A stretch of 64,000 nt of DNA, from assembly GCA_963726195.1 (NCBI GenBank), contig CAVSBO010000013.1:71038-135037 (forward strand). The letters are read 5' to 3'. Below, piece by piece: positions 60,882 to 64,000 of the stretch. Source of the DNA: Candidatus Thorarchaeota archaeon. GTDB lineage: Archaea; Asgardarchaeota; Thorarchaeia; Thorarchaeales; Thorarchaeaceae. Made by a program: the position numbers and the translations under genes. Under the pieces are notes generated by a model that made no database searches, was not told the origin of the DNA, and worked only from the letters and a program-made list of their open reading frames with translations. Within the stretch, counting starts at the first letter, position 1, and each line of letters begins with the position of its first letter.

Positions 60882-62197
60882 ACGGAAGTTGATGGATCTT
60901 GTACCCGAAAGCATGGCGGAGAGAGGCAAAGTAACTCTTGAAGCTCTCTTGGCGCCAGTTAGAGATGTACTGAACCGTAGGACTTTCCCTGAGAAGCCTC
61001 TTTCTGACTTCCAAGTCGATCTCATGCTGCAGTTGCTGTCGTCAATGGATTCAGACAAGGACCCGGCCGCTGCAAGAGTAGGTGAGAGAGAAGGCAGAAC
61101 TGCCTCTCCGCTTCTGTTCTCGTCTGTCGGCTGGATTCAATCATGGTGTGGGGCGCAGCGGTCATATTACTGCACCGCAGCCAAAAGCAATAGGAGCATC
61201 ACTCATGCAGCAGGTCGCTGACAGTGTAGCCGTCGATGCGATTCGCAAGCTTGGTCTTGACAACATACATCACGGACTCGTGACTCCCCTCTCGACGGGC
61301 ATGAGCATTGCTCTGGTTATGGCAGCCCTAAGGCGGGAGACCGGGGCCCGGAAGGTATTGTATCCACGGATTGACCATCTTTCTCCGAGCAGGGGCATAG
61401 CGTTTGCAGGGCTCGAAGAGGTTCGGGTTCCAACACTTCTTGTCGGAGATGCGGTTCGCGCAGACCTCGGCGAACTGGAGCGACTCATGTCAAAGCACAA
61501 GTCATCGGTAGTGATGCTAACCACGACCTTCTTTCCCCCACGCGAGTCTGACCCTGTAAAGGAAGTTGCGAAGCTATGCGCTGACAGGGGCTCACCTCTG
61601 GTGATTAACAATGCCTACGGCGTGCAATCTGAAGAGACAATGCGGAGCATCCGATCTGCCATTGATGCAGGTCGGGTTGATGCAGTCGTCCAGAGCAGTG
61701 ACAAGAATTTCCTATCTCCTGTCGGCGGTTCGATTGTTGTCTCTCCGAGCAAGGACTTTGTAGACTGGGCTGCAGAGACCTATGCCGGGCGTGCAACTGC
61801 TGCCCCGATATTGCAGACACTGGCGGCCCTTCTCGTGACCGGGGCCGAGAGGTATGAGCAGCTCAGACGTGAGCAGACAGCTAACCGTCTTCTGCTTCAG
61901 GAGAGCTTGGAGAGTCTCGCGGCGGAGGTAGGCCAGCGAGTCCTGTCAGTCAAGAACCCTGTGTCATGCGCGATGACCATAGATGGGTTGGATGCCGAGA
62001 ACCTTGGCGCCAAGCTCTACAACCTCAGAGTGACTGGCCCGAGAGCGATAAGCAAGGGCGCACAAGGGTCCTGTATCGAGAATTACCCTCACAGCTACAT
62101 AGTCATGAACGCGGCCATCGGTGCGAACCGAAAGGACGTTGAGGATGCCACCATTAAGCTCAATAGGGTCATAAGCAGTCCTTCTCCAGAGCTCTGA
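60871..62197 (+). CDS. spcS: O-phosphoseryl-tRNA(Sec) selenium transferase SepSecS (indel near 61116)
   Basis: MDSDKDP...VGEREGR, FNHGVGRSG....QPKA.G.S, P.STGMS, INNAYG, GRVDAVVQS.DKN. Confidence 0.92.
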
Positions 62198-62212
62198 AGG
62201 GAGGGCACCCCG

Positions 62213-62863
62213 ATGGATAAGATCGATGATAGATTCAAGGCATCAAAGACGATTCCTTACAACATCGCAGAGCCTTCTATCGTTTTCAGGATTGCATGGT
62301 ACGTTGTAACATCTCAGCCTGGCACTCTTCTAAGTGAATACAGCGAAGCTGAGAGTCCAGTCTTCAAGGGCAATGTCAGTTTTACTACTACAACGGGCGG
62401 TGTCAAAGCAAGACTCCAAGTCTCTGTGGATGACTCTAAGAAGTCAATTGAGTTGACCGCATTCGGGGGAAACCAAGAGGTCATGACTCGCTACGTAAAT
62501 GATTTGGCCGGCGCCTTGGATTCATCCTTGCGCAAGTACCGCGGCATTGCTGATAAGGACAAGAGTAAGCTCCGCAGGGCTCTTTTGGCCAAGACATGCT
62601 GGGACCGAGTGGTCTACGGGGTGTTGAGCAAGTCCCCTCTCAGTGAAATCTACGTCAACCTTTCCCACGGACGCGAAATGATGGTACAGGCCACGGAAGG
62701 CGAGGCGGTTCACCCTCTCACTCTTACAACTGAAGCTTGGCTCACAAGAATCGAGTCTCTTCCGCGAGACAAGACTCTGCCGGCTGATATTGCAACCGAA
62801 CTCGCGAAAAGAACCATTGAGTGGAAGAAGGAGACCAATTCTGTTATTTCTCGATACCTCTAG
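62213..62863 (+). CDS. Hypothetical protein inside the Sec cluster
   Basis: 216-aa ORF with SD GGAGG; alpha/beta N-domain and helical C-domain. Confidence 0.75.
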   Translation: MDKIDDRFKASKTIPYNIAEPSIVFRIAWYVVTSQPGTLLSEYSEAESPVFKGNVSFTTTTGGVKARLQVSVDDSKKSIELTAFGGNQEVMTRYVNDLAGALDSSLRKYRGIADKDKSKLRRALLAKTCWDRVVYGVLSKSPLSEIYVNLSHGREMMVQATEGEAVHPLTLTTEAWLTRIESLPRDKTLPADIATELAKRTIEWKKETNSVISRYL

Positions 62864-62967
62864 GATGAACGCCTTTCTGTGCCGCACGGTGCACAATTGA
62901 GACCTGCATTCTTTCACTGTTCCTGTAGGACAAAGGACATATGGCCTCTCTCGGTGGTGTTTCTCAA

Positions 62968-63058
62968 GGCCTCCCATAGGGCCGGTGGTCTGGCTCCGTG
63001 GGCTTCAAACCCATGATCGTGCAAGCGATAAGAGTTCGATTCTCTTGGGGGGCCGCCA
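62968..63058 (+). tRNA. selC: tRNA-Sec (UCA)
   Basis: 9-bp acceptor GGCCTCCCA/TGGGGGGCC, 7-bp D stem GGGCCGG-tggt-CTGGCTC, 6-bp anticodon stem CGTGGG-ctTCAaa-CCCATG, variable arm ATCGT-gcaa-GCGAT, 4-bp T stem AGAG-ttcgatt-CTCT, G73 + CCA. Confidence 0.97.
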
Positions 63059-63087
63059 TTGCCTGCGGAATCATCATCTCAACGGCA

Positions 63088-63843
63088 CTACGAGGACGAG
63101 AGCCGCTTTAGTTCAGCTGTGACACGGTCTCTTGCTTCCTCTGGTGTCGCGTTCCTCTTCCTCGATTCCGCAAGTATCGTTCTCCGAATTCTGTGCACTC
63201 TCGGATCGTTCCTGTACGATTCGAACTCATTCAGGAACGAAGCAACTGCCTGCCTTGTAGCAATATCCAGGTTGTCCGCTTCGGGTTCGTGGTCTCCAGT
63301 GGTCTCTTCGTAAGTTGTTTCCTGTTCGCGAATCGCCTTAGCAATCTTTGGAGCCGCGTCCTCGGACTTGGTCCGAGATAAATCCACAACTGCAACTGGT
63401 CTGTCCCATTCGTACTTGGATCCAGGCGGTTCGAAGTTGCGTGCAATCTTGAGGAGAACACCTTCAGGAAGTGGATTTGCTCTTGACTGATTCCATTTCA
63501 GGGCAACTTCAAGCGGGGTGCAAACATGGACTACAGCGAAAGCGCATCGGCTTTCCTTCGCAATGGCATAGAGCTCATGGCGCATGCTGCTGTAGTAGTT
63601 TGTGTCGTCATGGATGACAGATAAGCCTCTGGAGAGGATGCTCGTCGTGCTCTCAAGTGCAGCTTGCCTGACCCTATGCTCATTCTCCGGCTCGAATCTT
63701 GAATAGTACTCTTGGTCGCGCCATCGGTCGGAACTCACAATCTCGACCTTTGAGCGCGGCTTCAGGCTTTTTCTAATCTGCTCTGCAAGAGTTGTCTTTC
63801 CAGAAGCCGGCAATCCGCACAGAGCAAGCAGGAATTCTGTCAT
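63088..63843 (-). CDS. pstK: O-phosphoseryl-tRNA(Sec) kinase
   Basis: LCGLPASGKTT, SDRWR, DDTNYYSSMR, ..N..R, FEPPGSKYEWD.P; adjacent to tRNA-Sec; SD GGAG. Confidence 0.9.
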   Translation of the reverse strand: MTEFLLALCGLPASGKTTLAEQIRKSLKPRSKVEIVSSDRWRDQEYYSRFEPENEHRVRQAALESTTSILSRGLSVIHDDTNYYSSMRHELYAIAKESRCAFAVVHVCTPLEVALKWNQSRANPLPEGVLLKIARNFEPPGSKYEWDRPVAVVDLSRTKSEDAAPKIAKAIREQETTYEETTGDHEPEADNLDIATRQAVASFLNEFESYRNDPRVHRIRRTILAESRKRNATPEEARDRVTAELKRLSSS

Positions 63844-63928
63844 CTGACTACTCCTATTCCTCACAGTTCGCGCAGAAGAATGATTCCCCCGCCAGTTCAT
63901 GCGGAACTTGGGGTAACCGACGGCATCA

Positions 63929-64000
63929 CTAAGGCCTGATTGTAATCTGCAGACTCTGTGCAAGGTCCTTGTAGCGGTTCCTCACAGTTACTTCAGTGAC
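63929..64000 (-). CDS. tfb: Second TFB paralogue, C-terminal end only
   Basis: Minus strand reads VTEVTVRNRYKDLAQSLQITIRP*. Confidence 0.85.
   Translation of the reverse strand, partial: VTEVTVRNRYKDLAQSLQITIRP

Noticed and set aside
63860-63928. SECIS-like hairpin between tfb and pstK
   Set aside because: An ATGA and a stem are present on the minus strand, but the GA quartet and helix geometry do not close, and there is no upstream UGA-containing gene; more likely a terminator-type hairpin
1-64000. CRISPR array or rRNA genes
   Set aside because: No regularly spaced repeats or rRNA-like segments were seen; the window is almost fully protein coding

Overview
Archaeal chromosomal window, most likely an Asgard archaeon. 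Thorarchaeia-like is an inference from ESCRT-I/II/III + Vps4, longin, Yip1 and GIFT-domain proteins, crenarchaeal-type PolB1, a 9/4-fold tRNA-Sec and ~52% GC by eye. Core content: archaeosine genes (arcS, RaSEA), a corrinoid methyltransferase module (MtrH-like, RACE, corrinoid protein), a nurA-herA-mre11-rad50 operon, two GT-C glycosyltransferases, polB1, aspS, argS, tldD/E, two tfb paralogues, DGGGP synthase, hypB and a selenocysteine cluster (selB, SepSecS, unknown gene, tRNA-Sec, PSTK). Most interesting: (1) an ESCRT locus with apparently rewired ESCRT-I/II, comprising a Vps28-like hairpin fused to a Vps22/36 winged-helix protein and a Zn-finger + PH/GRAM + Vps23 steadiness-box protein lacking a UEV domain; (2) a ~3.8 kb island inserted at the 3' end of the endonuclease IV gene, bracketed by a 99-bp diverged repeat that restores the gene, with a TnpB remnant whose predicted guide is the nfo sequence itself; (3) an intact solo TnpB; (4) adaptin mu-homology-like and IFT52-like proteins; (5) a 36-aa internal duplication in ArgRS. 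Many essential genes are split by single-base indels, which are almost certainly sequencing/assembly errors. All family assignments come from motif recognition by eye, not database searches.
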